From Escherichia phage vB_EcoM_JE01, in sequence record PQ471460.1: 64,000 nucleotides of DNA. One strand, 5' to 3'. Position numbers and translations under genes: made by a program. The notes under the pieces are model-generated. The model was given only the letters and a program-made list of their open reading frames with translations, was not told the DNA's origin and ran no database searches. Below, one piece after another: positions 37,309 through 47,004 of this stretch. Position 1 is the stretch's first letter, and each line of letters opens with the position of its first letter.

Positions 37309-38736
37309 GTGGTAGAAATTATTCTTTCTCATCTTATATTTGATCAAGCTTATTTTTCAAAAGTTTGGCCATATATGGATTCAGAATATTTTGAAAGTGG
37401 TCCAGCTAAAAATACATTCAAATTAATTAAATCTCATGTTAATGAGTACCATAGCGTTCCATCTATTAATGCGTTAAATGTTGCATTAGAAAATAGTTCA
37501 TTTACTGAAACAGAATATTCTGGTGTAAAAACACTTATTTCAAAACTAGCTGATTCTCCAGAAGACCACAGCTGGTTAGTAAAAGAAACAGAAAAATATG
37601 TTCAGCAAAGGGCGATGTTTAACGCCACATCTAAAATAATTGAAATTCAAACCAATGCTGAGCTTCCTCCAGAAAAACGAAATAAGAAAATGCCGGATGT
37701 AGGTGCTATTCCTGACATTATGCGCCAAGCATTATCAATTTCATTTGATAGCTACGTTGGCCATGATTGGATGGATGACTATGAAGCACGTTGGCTATCT
37801 TATATGAATAAAGCTCGTAAGGTTCCATTTAAACTCAAAATTCTAAATAAAATTACTAAAGGCGGAGCTGAAACTGGAACACTGAATGTTTTAATGGCTG
37901 GTGTTAACGTCGGTAAGTCATTAGGTCTGTGTTCATTGGCAGCAGATTATTTGCAGCTCGGACATAATGTTCTTTACATTTCAATGGAAATGGCAGAAGA
38001 AGTCTGTGCTAAGCGTATTGACGCTAATATGCTCGATGTTTCTCTTGATGACATTGATGATGGGCATATTTCTTACGCTGAGTATAAAGGAAAAATGGAA
38101 AAATGGCGTGAGAAATCTACTCTTGGACGTTTAATCGTTAAACAGTATCCTACTGGTGGAGCAGACGCTAATACATTTCGTTCTCTTTTGAACGAATTGA
38201 AGCTCAAGAAGAATTTTGTTCCAACAATCATTATTGTTGACTATCTAGGTATTTGTAAATCTTGTCGCATCAGAGTTTATTCAGAAAATAGTTACACAAC
38301 TGTTAAAGCTATCGCAGAGGAATTGCGTGCTCTGGCTGTTGAAACCGAAACTGTTCTTTGGACTGCAGCACAGGTTGGTAAACAAGCTTGGGATTCTTCT
38401 GATGTTAACATGAGCGATATTGCAGAATCCGCCGGTCTTCCAGCAACAGCTGATTTTATGCTTGCGGTCATTGAAACCGAGGAGTTAGCAGCGGCTGAAC
38501 AACAACTCATTAAGCAAATCAAATCACGATATGGTGATAAGAATAAATGGAATAAGTTTTTGATGGGTGTTCAAAAAGGAAATCAGAAATGGGTAGAAAT
38601 TGAACAAGATTCTACTCCAACTGAAGTGAACGAAGTAGCAGGTTCACAGCAGATTCAGGCTGAACAGAACCGCTATCAAAGAAATGAATCGGCTCGAGCT
38701 CAGTTAGATGCTTTAGCAAACGAATTAAAATTTTAG
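37309..38736 (+). CDS. 41: replicative DNA helicase gp41 (DnaB-like)
   Basis: 475 aa; GTG start; Walker A GVNVGKS; MVEIILSHLIFDQAYFSKVWPYMDSEYF... Confidence 0.95.
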   Translation: MVEIILSHLIFDQAYFSKVWPYMDSEYFESGPAKNTFKLIKSHVNEYHSVPSINALNVALENSSFTETEYSGVKTLISKLADSPEDHSWLVKETEKYVQQRAMFNATSKIIEIQTNAELPPEKRNKKMPDVGAIPDIMRQALSISFDSYVGHDWMDDYEARWLSYMNKARKVPFKLKILNKITKGGAETGTLNVLMAGVNVGKSLGLCSLAADYLQLGHNVLYISMEMAEEVCAKRIDANMLDVSLDDIDDGHISYAEYKGKMEKWREKSTLGRLIVKQYPTGGADANTFRSLLNELKLKKNFVPTIIIVDYLGICKSCRIRVYSENSYTTVKAIAEELRALAVETETVLWTAAQVGKQAWDSSDVNMSDIAESAGLPATADFMLAVIETEELAAAEQQLIKQIKSRYGDKNKWNKFLMGVQKGNQKWVEIEQDSTPTEVNEVAGSQQIQAEQNRYQRNESARAQLDALANELKF

Positions 38737-38773
38737 TTTACAAGCTGACAAGACTATGGTATAGTAGTCTTGT
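38736..38773 (+). promoter_or_regulatory. early promoter inside a stem-loop (PeSL-type)
   Basis: GTTTAC, 18 nt, TGGTATAGT; 9-bp stem acaagacta/tagtcttgt encloses the -10. Confidence 0.55.
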
Positions 38774-38794
38774 TGGTTAAATGAGGAGATTGTT

Positions 38795-38977
38795 ATGGAA
38801 TTGGTAAAGGTAGTTTTTATGGGGTGGTTTAAGAATGAAAGCATGTTTACTAAAGAAATCACAATGATGAAAGATGACGTTCAATGGGCTACTACTCAAT
38901 ATGCTGAAGTTAATAAAGCATTAGTTAAAGCTTTCATTGATGACAAGAAAGTATGCGAAGTGGATTGCCGAGGGTAA
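38795..38977 (+). CDS. dmd: Dmd (antitoxin against RnlA/LsoA RNase toxins)
   Basis: 60 aa; MELVKVVFMGWFKNESMFTKEITMMKDDVQWATTQYAEVNKALVKAFIDDKKVCEVDCRG matches recalled T4 Dmd. Confidence 0.8.
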   Translation: MELVKVVFMGWFKNESMFTKEITMMKDDVQWATTQYAEVNKALVKAFIDDKKVCEVDCRG

Positions 38978-38978
38978 T

Positions 38979-39221
38979 ATGCATATCGTTTTATTTAAAC
39001 CTACTCCGTATAATGTCAGGAAAAATACTCAATTCAAGGCACTTATTGCGGATACGTGGGAATTGATGTTAGATATTCCAGCAGAAGAAAGTCCTCCATT
39101 TGGTCGAGTGGAATTTATTAAGTTTGCTGTGCGCCCTACGAAGCGACAGATTCGCCAATGCAAAAGATACTTTCGTAAAATCGTCAAGTTAGAGAAACAG
39201 TTATTGATGCTAGTAAAATAG
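38979..39221 (+). CDS. hypothetical protein (61.4 position)
   Basis: 80-aa basic ORF after dmd. Confidence 0.5.
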   Translation: MHIVLFKPTPYNVRKNTQFKALIADTWELMLDIPAEESPPFGRVEFIKFAVRPTKRQIRQCKRYFRKIVKLEKQLLMLVK

Positions 39222-39223
39222 TA

Positions 39224-39253
39224 GTTTACAAGCTGATAGAGTTGTGTTATAGT
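39224..39253 (+). promoter_or_regulatory. early promoter with stem-loop
   Basis: GTTTAC, 18 nt, TTATAGT; inverted repeat gctgatagag/ctatcagc. Confidence 0.5.
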
Positions 39254-39284
39254 AATTCTATCAGCTAATCGCGGAGAAAAGAAA

Positions 39285-39539
39285 ATGATGCTAGTTAATA
39301 GAGAATATCAGTTTAAATCAGAAGAAGATTTGGAAAAATTCGCAAGTGGTTGTGAACTGAATAGACGCACAGCTAAAGTCATAGGATTAAAACCCTTTAC
39401 AGTTCTAGATTGTGAAGTTTCTAAATTCCGCAGAGGGTGTTCTATTAGCGGTCATGCTCTGGTTGATGGAAACACATTTTTCTTTGTTTTTAGCGTCAGA
39501 GAACTTTTATTGATTAACGAACTTGAGGAAATAAAATAG
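39285..39539 (+). CDS. hypothetical protein
   Basis: 84-aa ORF. Confidence 0.5.
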   Translation: MMLVNREYQFKSEEDLEKFASGCELNRRTAKVIGLKPFTVLDCEVSKFRRGCSISGHALVDGNTFFFVFSVRELLLINELEEIK

Positions 39540-39596
39540 TTTACTTTTGTTAGAAATTGAGATACTATATAAACATAAACTACTGAGGAGATTATC

Positions 39597-39890
39597 ATGA
39601 AAAAATTTGTTTTTGCTGCAATTTTTGCTTTAGCTTCTTGTGCTGCTCAGCCTGCTATGGCAGGTTATGATAAAGATTTGTGCGAATGGTCTATGACTGC
39701 AGATCAGACTGAGGTTGAAACTCAGATTGAAGCAGATATTATGAATATCGTTGAGCGTGATCGCCCTGAAATGAAAGCTGAAGTACAAAAACAGCTTAAA
39801 TCTGGTGGTGTAATGCAGTATAATTATGTTCTGTATTGCGATAAAAACTTCAATAATAAAAATATCATCGCTGAAGTGGTAGGTGAATAA
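39597..39890 (+). CDS. sp: Spackle (periplasmic inhibitor of tail lysozyme; superinfection exclusion)
   Basis: 97 aa with signal peptide MKKFVFAAIFALASCAAQPAMA; length and position match T4 sp. Confidence 0.8.
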   Translation: MKKFVFAAIFALASCAAQPAMAGYDKDLCEWSMTADQTEVETQIEADIMNIVERDRPEMKAEVQKQLKSGGVMQYNYVLYCDKNFNNKNIIAEVVGE

Positions 39891-40516
39891 TGCTTTATCA
39901 AATGCACAAGTGCAAAGACACGTACAAATATAAAGGTGCCCAGTGTTATATCATTAATCGTGAAAACGCAGGTCCAGGTCATTCGCATCAATCGCGGTTT
40001 GTATTCGTTAAAAACAACGAAATTATAGCAGTTGCTAATTACATGCTTGCGACTAGTGATGTTAATCCGGTGCCTTTCACATATTATAATCTAATGGACT
40101 TGGCGTACGATTATAATTGGTTTAATCATGATAATTTGGCTCATATTGAAGGCGTAGGATTTGACATCTCTTATTCTAGTTACTCGTTGTGTCCTATGAG
40201 CCGAGCTCATAAAGAGCCTGAATATTTTTCATTTCGTCGGCGTGTAGACTTTGAACGCAGCACAGAGTATATCGGTGGAATCTTTGTTAAAGATAATCGA
40301 ATTACTCGCATTATTTATCCTTTGGGCTGTGGTCAAAAAGATATTGATGTTGATTTAGACTTTACTGAAAACATCATTAATCATATTGCTTCTGTGTATT
40401 TTGATATTGATCATAAAATTGTAATATGTGGATATGAATTACCATCAGAAAAACAGTCTAAAGTGAATGTTTCTATTGATGACCAAATTTTTAATGCTTT
40501 TATGAATAGAGGTTAA
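39890..40516 (+). CDS. hypothetical protein (61.2 position)
   Basis: 208-aa ORF. Confidence 0.6.
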   Translation: MLYQMHKCKDTYKYKGAQCYIINRENAGPGHSHQSRFVFVKNNEIIAVANYMLATSDVNPVPFTYYNLMDLAYDYNWFNHDNLAHIEGVGFDISYSSYSLCPMSRAHKEPEYFSFRRRVDFERSTEYIGGIFVKDNRITRIIYPLGCGQKDIDVDLDFTENIINHIASVYFDIDHKIVICGYELPSEKQSKVNVSIDDQIFNAFMNRG

Positions 40517-40517
40517 T

Positions 40518-40682
40518 ATGAAAACGTTTAAAGAATTTATCAAAGAAGATATGGTCACTGGAGATTCAGGTGGTAATCCTGAAAATATCTCCACTGGAAC
40601 AACATCAGGTGCTGTAGTAAATAAAGGTCCTGAACAGATTCCTAAAAAGAAAAAAGAGGAATCTAAAGAAAAAGAAGAGTAA
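40518..40682 (+). CDS. hypothetical small protein (61.1 position)
   Basis: 54-aa ORF with lysine/glutamate-rich tail. Confidence 0.4.
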   Translation: MKTFKEFIKEDMVTGDSGGNPENISTGTTSGAVVNKGPEQIPKKKKEESKEKEE

Positions 40683-40684
40683 AA

Positions 40685-41713
40685 ATGTCATCAATACCTT
40701 GGATTGATAATGAGTTTGCATACCGTGCATTAGCTCATTTACCTAAATTCACACAAGTAAATAATAGTTCAACTTTTAAATTACGGTTTAGATGCCCTGT
40801 TTGTGGAGATTCAAAAACCGACCAAAATAAAGCCCGTGGATGGTATTATGGCGATAATAATGAAGGAAATATTCATTGTTATAACTGTAACTATCATGCA
40901 CCAATCGGAATATATTTAAAGGAGTTTGAACCTGATTTATATCGTGAGTATATCTTTGAAATAAGAAAAGAAAAAGGTAAAAGTCGTCCAGTAGAAAAAC
41001 CTAAAGAACTTCCTAAACAACCCGAGAAGAAAATAATTAAATCTCTTCCGTCATGCATTAGATTAGATAAACTGGCGGAAGACCATCCAATTATAAAATA
41101 CGTAAAAGCTCGTTGTATTCCAAAGGATAAATGGAAATATCTTTGGTTTACAACTGAATGGCCTAAATTAGTTAATAGTATAGCACCAGGAACATATAAA
41201 AAGGAAATACCTGAGCCTCGTCTTGTTATTCCAATTTATAATGCTAATGGAAAAGCTGAGTCTTTTCAAGGACGTGCATTAAAGAAAGATGCTCCCCAAA
41301 AATATATCACCATCAAAGCTTATCCTGAGGCAACAAAAATTTATGGTGTTGAACGAGTTAAAGATGGTGATGTATATGTTCTAGAAGGACCTATAGATTC
41401 ACTTTTTATTGAAAATGGTATAGCTATTACGGGTGGTCAATTAGACCTAGAAATTGTTCCATTTAAAGATAGACGTGTATGGGTTTTAGATAATGAACCT
41501 CGTCACCCTGACACTATTAAACGAATGACTAAATTAGTTGATGCAGGAGAAAGGGTTATGTTTTGGGATAAATCTCCCTGGAAATCAAAAGATGTCAATG
41601 ATATGATTAGAAAGGAAGGTGCAACCCCTGAACAAATTATGGAATATATGAAAAATAATATTGCCCAAGGGCTGATGGCTAAAATGCGGCTATCTAAATA
41701 TGCTAAGATTTAA
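40685..41713 (+). CDS. 61: DNA primase gp61
   Basis: 342 aa; N-terminal zinc ribbon CPVCGDS...CYNC; TOPRIM-like C-terminus. Confidence 0.95.
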   Translation: MSSIPWIDNEFAYRALAHLPKFTQVNNSSTFKLRFRCPVCGDSKTDQNKARGWYYGDNNEGNIHCYNCNYHAPIGIYLKEFEPDLYREYIFEIRKEKGKSRPVEKPKELPKQPEKKIIKSLPSCIRLDKLAEDHPIIKYVKARCIPKDKWKYLWFTTEWPKLVNSIAPGTYKKEIPEPRLVIPIYNANGKAESFQGRALKKDAPQKYITIKAYPEATKIYGVERVKDGDVYVLEGPIDSLFIENGIAITGGQLDLEIVPFKDRRVWVLDNEPRHPDTIKRMTKLVDAGERVMFWDKSPWKSKDVNDMIRKEGATPEQIMEYMKNNIAQGLMAKMRLSKYAKI

Positions 41714-41910
41714 ATTAACCCAACCAAAGCAAATGCTAAATCTACGAATGTATCAAGAGTAATTACTGGAATACTAACGCCATGAGCAATAGCAACTGGC
41801 GATAAAACAAAATTCCAAAGTAAAATTCCTATCATAGCAGAAATAGTAAAAGCTATACGTTTTTTATTACCTTTGATGGCATTAACAAGTGCCATTAATT
41901 TTTGTACCAT
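41710..41910 (-). CDS. small membrane protein on opposite strand
   Basis: 66 aa with two hydrophobic helices; strong SD AAGGAGGA 4 nt before ATG on minus strand. Confidence 0.4.
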   Translation of the reverse strand: MVQKLMALVNAIKGNKKRIAFTISAMIGILLWNFVLSPVAIAHGVSIPVITLDTFVDLAFALVGLI

Positions 41911-41980
41911 ATGTCCTCCTTATTGCTTTATATATTTATTGTATAATTAATCTACTAACCCATGAATTGAAAGGATATAT

Positions 41981-42631
41981 GTGAATTACCAAAAAATTTA
42001 CTCGGCTTTAATTACAAAAGCTAAATGCCGGCATCTTGGTGGATATAAAGAACGCCATCATATAATTCCTAGATGTATGGGAGGAGCAGATGACAAAAAC
42101 AATCTTGTTGAGTTAACTGCGCGTGAGCATTTTATAGCTCATAGATTATTAACCAAAATATATCCAGATGTGAGAGGATTGCATTATGCTGTAAATTTAA
42201 TGCGATATAATAAAGGTGTTAAATTAACAAGTAGATTAATAGAAACCCTTAAAATTCAAAACTCTGTTCTTTTCTCGGGTGAAAATAATCCTAGATATGG
42301 CAAGCCGTCATGGATTAAAGGCAAAAAGACCCCAGAAGAAACTAAAGCCAAAATGCGTCTAGCTCATAAAGGTAAAATTATATCCGATGAAGCCAAGGCT
42401 AATATGAGTAAAGCCCGAAAAGGAAGATTTAGCGGTAAAAATTCACCTCGATATTGTTTACCGAATCCAAGACGTGGTGAGATATGGAATTCGTATGATT
42501 CGCTTTACGAGTTGTGGGTTTATAATAATAGACCTAAGCGCACAAAATTTAATAAAATAGCTGTCAAGGCAGGTTATCCTAATATCTGCTATAGACATAT
42601 GATAGAAAACTTCATAAGAAAGGAAAAATAA
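41981..42631 (+). CDS. HNH homing endonuclease (mob-type)
   Basis: 216 aa; N-terminus ...ERHHIIPRCMGGADDKNNLVELTAREHFIAHRLL... paralogous to 26328-27044; GTG start. Confidence 0.75.
   Translation: MNYQKIYSALITKAKCRHLGGYKERHHIIPRCMGGADDKNNLVELTAREHFIAHRLLTKIYPDVRGLHYAVNLMRYNKGVKLTSRLIETLKIQNSVLFSGENNPRYGKPSWIKGKKTPEETKAKMRLAHKGKIISDEAKANMSKARKGRFSGKNSPRYCLPNPRRGEIWNSYDSLYELWVYNNRPKRTKFNKIAVKAGYPNICYRHMIENFIRKEK
41981..42631 (+). mobile_element. free-standing homing endonuclease gene between genes 61 and 56
   Basis: HNH family; inserted in an intergenic position. Confidence 0.55.
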
Positions 42632-42632
42632 C

Positions 42633-43151
42633 ATGCCACATTTCAACGAATGTAGTCATCTGATCGAAGGCGCTGATAAAGCTCAAAATGAATACTGGGA
42701 TATTCTCGGTGACGAAAAAGACCCGCTGCAAGTTATGCTTGATATGCAGAAATCTCTGCAAGTTCGTTTAGCTAAAGATAAACCTGAATATAATCGTCAT
42801 CCTGATGATTTGGCTACTGCTGGTGAAGTTGTTGATTGGCTGCGTAATCAGAAAGATTATATTGACGATGAATTCCGTGAACTTCTGACATCTCTTGGTG
42901 GTATGAGCAATGGCGAAAAAGATGCATCTGCTGTATGGAAGCCTTGGAAAGCTCAACATGGTGAACGCCGTGAAACTCTAATTACCGATTTGTCTCCGCA
43001 AGACCAGTTGGAAATTAAATTCGAAATGATTGATATTCTTCATTTCGTTCTGAACATGTTCCAAGGTCTTGGTCTTACAGCTGAAGAAATCTTTAAACTT
43101 TATTATCTGAAAAATGCTGAAAACTTCGCTCGTCAAGACCGAGGTTATTAA
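42633..43151 (+). CDS. 56: dCTPase/dUTPase gp56
   Basis: 172 aa (MazG-like NTP pyrophosphatase fold) at the gene 56 position. Confidence 0.85.
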   Translation: MPHFNECSHLIEGADKAQNEYWDILGDEKDPLQVMLDMQKSLQVRLAKDKPEYNRHPDDLATAGEVVDWLRNQKDYIDDEFRELLTSLGGMSNGEKDASAVWKPWKAQHGERRETLITDLSPQDQLEIKFEMIDILHFVLNMFQGLGLTAEEIFKLYYLKNAENFARQDRGY

Positions 43152-43184
43152 TATAAACGACAGCTTAAAAGCCGTGAGAATTAT

Positions 43185-43192
43185 TATAAATA
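43185..43192 (+). promoter_or_regulatory. late promoter (TATAAATA) for soc
   Basis: Exact TATAAATA about 30 nt upstream of soc ATG; soc is a late capsid gene. Confidence 0.6.
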
Positions 43193-43222
43193 ATCATGTA
43201 ATTTAAATAAAAGGAGAATTAC

Positions 43223-43468
43223 ATGGCTAGTACTCGCGGTTATGTTAATATCAAAACATTTGAGCAGAAATTAGATGGAAATAAGAAAATTGAAGGAAAG
43301 GAAATTTCAGTAGCTTTCCCTCTTTATTCTGACGTTCACAAAATTTCTGGCGCTCATTACCAGACATTCCCTTCAGAAAAAGCAGCATATACTACTGTAT
43401 ATGAAGAAAATCAACGTGATGCATGGATTGCTGCAAACGAAGATTTGTGGAAAGTAACTGGTGAATAA
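43223..43468 (+). CDS. soc: small outer capsid protein Soc
   Basis: 81 aa; MASTRGYVNIKTFEQKLDGNKKIEGKEISVAFPLYSDVHKISGAHYQTFPSEKAAY... matches recalled T4 Soc. Confidence 0.9.
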   Translation: MASTRGYVNIKTFEQKLDGNKKIEGKEISVAFPLYSDVHKISGAHYQTFPSEKAAYTTVYEENQRDAWIAANEDLWKVTGE

Positions 43469-43474
43469 ATTCAA

Positions 43475-43498
43475 GGACTCCTTCGGGAGTCCTTTTTT
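43475..43498 (+). terminator. rho-independent terminator
   Basis: ggactcc-ttcg-ggagtcc TTTTTT; duplicate of the 1321 module. Confidence 0.7.
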
Positions 43499-43508
43499 CA
43501 TTTTACCG

Positions 43509-43538
43509 GTTTACTTTCCAAAACAAGTATGGTATAAT
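43509..43538 (+). promoter_or_regulatory. T4-type early promoter
   Basis: GTTTAC, 18 nt, TGGTATAAT. Confidence 0.6.
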
Positions 43539-43564
43539 AAAATTATCTTATAGAGGAGAGCACC

Positions 43565-43771
43565 ATGTTAAATCGTTGGATTAAACCAAATGAAGATTTA
43601 GATATTATCATTTCACGGCATGTAATGAAGAAATATGAACTACAACCATGGTCTACAGAAGTTGTTGTGCATTCATTTATGATGTACGCAGATGGTTCTG
43701 TCGAATTTAATGCAGAGATTCGATATGATTATGGTGAGAAGCAAGTTGAATTCAAGAGAGGCTTTTTGTAA
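43565..43771 (+). CDS. hypothetical protein (soc.1 position)
   Basis: 68-aa ORF; SD GAGGAGAG. Confidence 0.5.
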   Translation: MLNRWIKPNEDLDIIISRHVMKKYELQPWSTEVVVHSFMMYADGSVEFNAEIRYDYGEKQVEFKRGFL

Positions 43772-44112
43772 TGTTTATCTTTAATTGGTTTAAAAATTTC
43801 TTTACGGATTTTTTCTTTACAGCTCCTGGAGAAGGTGTAGTTCCTATTTCAAATGACTACCTTCCTTTAACTGTAGTTGAATATGTTTATATGGGAGATG
43901 GAACAGTAGAAGCAGTTACTATGACTTATGAAGAAGCCCAGGAATATTATAAAAATCCTTGGCGCTGGTCAACACCTACTACATCATCTAATACACAGAA
44001 TACACAGTCTAATTCTGATTCATATGATACTAATGTTCCTGTTCATGTATGGACGGGCGATTCATGTGGAAGTTCTTGTGATTCTAGTTGTTCATCTACA
44101 TCTTGCGATTGA
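43771..44112 (+). CDS. hypothetical protein with Ser/Thr/Cys-rich tail
   Basis: 113-aa ORF. Confidence 0.5.
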   Translation: MFIFNWFKNFFTDFFFTAPGEGVVPISNDYLPLTVVEYVYMGDGTVEAVTMTYEEAQEYYKNPWRWSTPTTSSNTQNTQSNSDSYDTNVPVHVWTGDSCGSSCDSSCSSTSCD

Positions 44113-44120
44113 GGAAAATT

Positions 44121-44606
44121 ATGGAAGCGATTTTGTTTGAAATGTATATTAGCAGTAATAGCATGTCGTTTGCTAAAGATGTTCCAATTACAGTAGCAGT
44201 AATGATTGATAAAAGATATGATAATAGCATGTATCTAGTAGAAGATTTTATTTCAATGCCAGTTCCAGAAGATGTTGAAATAAAACTTAAAAAGATCGGA
44301 ATTATTGAAACTGTACGAAATTCTCCATTTATGTCAATTCAAGCATTTACTAAATCTAACTATATTGATGTTGCTGAAGCATATTATAACAATAAACCGT
44401 TGCCATTATATTCATATGATTCAATATATGACTGGAAAGTAGATAAGGGAAATAAATTTATAATTACGGAAGAAAATGCGCTATCATATTTTATTACCTC
44501 TTTATGGAATAATTTAAATCCAAATTTGCTAAAAATTCATAAATTCGATGATGCTCCTACTGTTGTTTTAGGTAAAATAAATGAAAGTTCTGAAGAAAAT
44601 GTTTGA
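44121..44606 (+). CDS. hypothetical protein
   Basis: 161-aa ORF; SD GAGGAAAA. Confidence 0.5.
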   Translation: MEAILFEMYISSNSMSFAKDVPITVAVMIDKRYDNSMYLVEDFISMPVPEDVEIKLKKIGIIETVRNSPFMSIQAFTKSNYIDVAEAYYNNKPLPLYSYDSIYDWKVDKGNKFIITEENALSYFITSLWNNLNPNLLKIHKFDDAPTVVLGKINESSEENV

Positions 44607-44784
44607 ATGGTTCAATAGACCAAACTCAATGTACATTGATGATGGTTGGGTTGAACAAGCAAATAAAGAAATGCAGAACGAATCAGAAGAATGGATGAAA
44701 TCAATGATTAATGCTGAGAAAGAAAAGAAATTAGAACGCTCAGCGCTTAAATTGATGAGAGACATCTATGGGGATAAATCATGA
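44581..44784 (+). CDS. hypothetical small protein
   Basis: 67-aa ORF. Confidence 0.4.
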   Translation: MKVLKKMFEWFNRPNSMYIDDGWVEQANKEMQNESEEWMKSMINAEKEKKLERSALKLMRDIYGDKS

Positions 44785-44945
44785 ACAGAGATATGACGCT
44801 AGAAGAGGCCAAGGCTAAAGCAAATGAAGCATTGGATTTGCTTCTTAAAATTGGCAGTAAAATGATGGAAGAGAATGAAAAATATATCCAGGAAAACAAA
44901 ATTCCTGACGGCCCATTAGTAGGCAAAAGGAAATCACATGATTGA
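44781..44945 (+). CDS. hypothetical small protein (54 aa)
   Basis: ATGA overlaps at both ends. Confidence 0.3.
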   Translation: MNRDMTLEEAKAKANEALDLLLKIGSKMMEENEKYIQENKIPDGPLVGKRKSHD

Positions 44946-45408
44946 AGTAGCAAAACATTATTCAATAGAATTTATGTCTAAAGAAGGTAAATCAGTAAAT
45001 ACGCTTGATAAAAAGTGCTCATTAATTATTCCTTTAGCAGAAAATCCGGATCTTTTAATTAAAGATATAAAAGAAAGAAAATACCCAGAAAATGTTATCC
45101 TAATTATAAAGCATACTGAAGATATTTTGCAGAATACTGATTCACCATTTTCTTCTTCTGAAGCTTTAACTATTAAAGGATATAAAAGAGCTCATGAATA
45201 TGGTCTTTTTGACCTGTTTGAAGATGATAACGTTAAATTAGCGAGTCAACCTTCTAAAAGTAAAACATTCATTATTGAAGATATTAAAGACATAAATGCA
45301 TTTGTTAAGATGGTCTGGGCTCATTTTGATGTTGGACTACGCTGGAGAATGTCCGAAGAAGAAAGAAAGATCATTGAAGCTAATCGTTATTTTGGTTTTT
45401 ATCGCTAG
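44938..45408 (+). CDS. hypothetical protein
   Basis: 156-aa ORF. Confidence 0.55.
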   Translation: MIEVAKHYSIEFMSKEGKSVNTLDKKCSLIIPLAENPDLLIKDIKERKYPENVILIIKHTEDILQNTDSPFSSSEALTIKGYKRAHEYGLFDLFEDDNVKLASQPSKSKTFIIEDIKDINAFVKMVWAHFDVGLRWRMSEEERKIIEANRYFGFYR

Positions 45409-45416
45409 GAATTAAT

Positions 45417-45599
45417 ATGGATTTATTTGAGATGTTAGAAGATAATCATTCTACGAATATCCAGAATGATTCTAGTGATTATAAGAAAGAGTACCGTATA
45501 GTATTACAGAATTATGGAATTGAAGCCCCAGATGCTCTTCTAGAAGAACTAGCTTCATACCATCTTGACCCTCCGCCCTGGGCTCCCTGGGCAAAATAA
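45417..45599 (+). CDS. hypothetical small acidic protein
   Basis: 60-aa ORF. Confidence 0.45.
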   Translation: MDLFEMLEDNHSTNIQNDSSDYKKEYRIVLQNYGIEAPDALLEELASYHLDPPPWAPWAK

Positions 45600-45610
45600 T
45601 TCAAAAAGTT

Positions 45611-45640
45611 GTTTACTTTCCTTCCTAACAATGATATGAT
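45611..45640 (+). promoter_or_regulatory. T4-type early promoter
   Basis: GTTTAC, 18 nt, TATGAT. Confidence 0.55.
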
Positions 45641-45666
45641 AGCTTCTGAAGTATATGGAGGCTATC

Positions 45667-46290
45667 ATGATTATTAATCTTGCAGATGTTGAACAGTTAT
45701 CTATAAAAGCTGAAAGCGTTGATTTTCAACATGATATGTATAAAAAGGTCTGTGAAAAATTTACTGACTTTGAACAATCAGTTCTTTGGCAATGTATGGA
45801 AGCCAAAAAGAATGAAGCTCTTCATCGGCAGTTGAATAAAATCATTAAAAAGCATTTAACTGAATCACCTTATCAGTTATATCGTGGTATATCAAAATCG
45901 ACAAAAGAACTCATTAAAGATTTACAAGTCGGAGAAGTGTTTTCAACGAACAGAGTAGATTCATTTACTACTAGTTTGCACACAGCGTGTTCTTTTTCTT
46001 ATGCTGAATATTTCACTGAAATAATATTTCGCTTAAAAACTGATAAAGCTTTTAATTATTCTGACCATATCAGCGATATTATACTTTCTTCTCCTAATAC
46101 TGAGTTTAAGTATACATATGAAGATACTGATGGATTAGATTCAGAACGTACTGATAACTTAATGATGATTGTACGTGAACAAGAATGGATGATTCCAATT
46201 GGAAAGTATAAAATAACTTCTATTTCAAAAGAAAAATTACACGATTCATTTGGAACATTTAAAGTGTATGATATTGAGGTAGTTGAATGA
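45667..46290 (+). CDS. modB: ADP-ribosyltransferase ModB
   Basis: 207 aa from ATG after GGAGG; R-S-E motif (YRG ... STN ... EQEWMIP). Confidence 0.7.
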   Translation: MIINLADVEQLSIKAESVDFQHDMYKKVCEKFTDFEQSVLWQCMEAKKNEALHRQLNKIIKKHLTESPYQLYRGISKSTKELIKDLQVGEVFSTNRVDSFTTSLHTACSFSYAEYFTEIIFRLKTDKAFNYSDHISDIILSSPNTEFKYTYEDTDGLDSERTDNLMMIVREQEWMIPIGKYKITSISKEKLHDSFGTFKVYDIEVVE

Positions 46291-46889
46291 AATATTCAGC
46301 AATGCAATTAAAAGATTTTAAAATCAAATCAATGGATGCATCGGTGCGTGCTTCTATTCGTGAAGAATTACTTTCTGAAGGATTTAATTTATCTGAAATT
46401 GAACTTTTAATTCATTGTATTACTAATAAGCCAGACGACCACTCTTGGTTAAATGAAATAATCAAATCTCGTTTGGTTCCAAACGATAAACCTCTTTGGA
46501 GAGGTGTTCCAGTTGAGACTAAGCAAGTGTTAAATCAAGGAATTGATATTATTACATTTGATAAAGTAGTATCAGCTTCATATGATAAAAATATAGCTCT
46601 ACATTTTGCTTCTGGATTAGAATACAATACACAAGTTATTTTTGAATTCAAAGCTCCTATGGTATTTAATTTTCAGGAGTATGCTATAAAAGCTCTACGT
46701 TGTAAAGAATATAGTCCAAGTTTTAAGTTTCCAGATAGCCATCGCTATCGTAATATGGAATTAGTTTCAGATGAACAAGAAGTAATGATACCAGCTGGAA
46801 GTGTATTTAGAATTGCGGATAGATACGAGTATAAAAAGTATTCAACATACACTATCTATACTCTTGACTTTGAAGGATTTAATCTATAA
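46287..46889 (+). CDS. modA: ADP-ribosyltransferase ModA
   Basis: 200 aa; MKYSAMQLKDFKIKSMDASVRASIREELLSEGFNLSEIELLIHC...; R-S-E motif (WRG ... SAS ... EQEVMIP). Confidence 0.75.
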   Translation: MKYSAMQLKDFKIKSMDASVRASIREELLSEGFNLSEIELLIHCITNKPDDHSWLNEIIKSRLVPNDKPLWRGVPVETKQVLNQGIDIITFDKVVSASYDKNIALHFASGLEYNTQVIFEFKAPMVFNFQEYAIKALRCKEYSPSFKFPDSHRYRNMELVSDEQEVMIPAGSVFRIADRYEYKKYSTYTIYTLDFEGFNL

Positions 46890-46945
46890 TGGAAGGACTT
46901 AGATTCATTATACCATGAAAGTTTTAAAGCATTTTTCATAAAGTT

Positions 46946-46975
46946 GTTTACAAGCTGAAGTAAAAATGTTATAGT
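46946..46975 (+). promoter_or_regulatory. T4-type early promoter
   Basis: GTTTAC, 18 nt, TATAGT. Confidence 0.55.
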
Positions 46976-47004
46976 ATAAGTAGTTAACCGTCCGTGAGAA
47001 AAAT

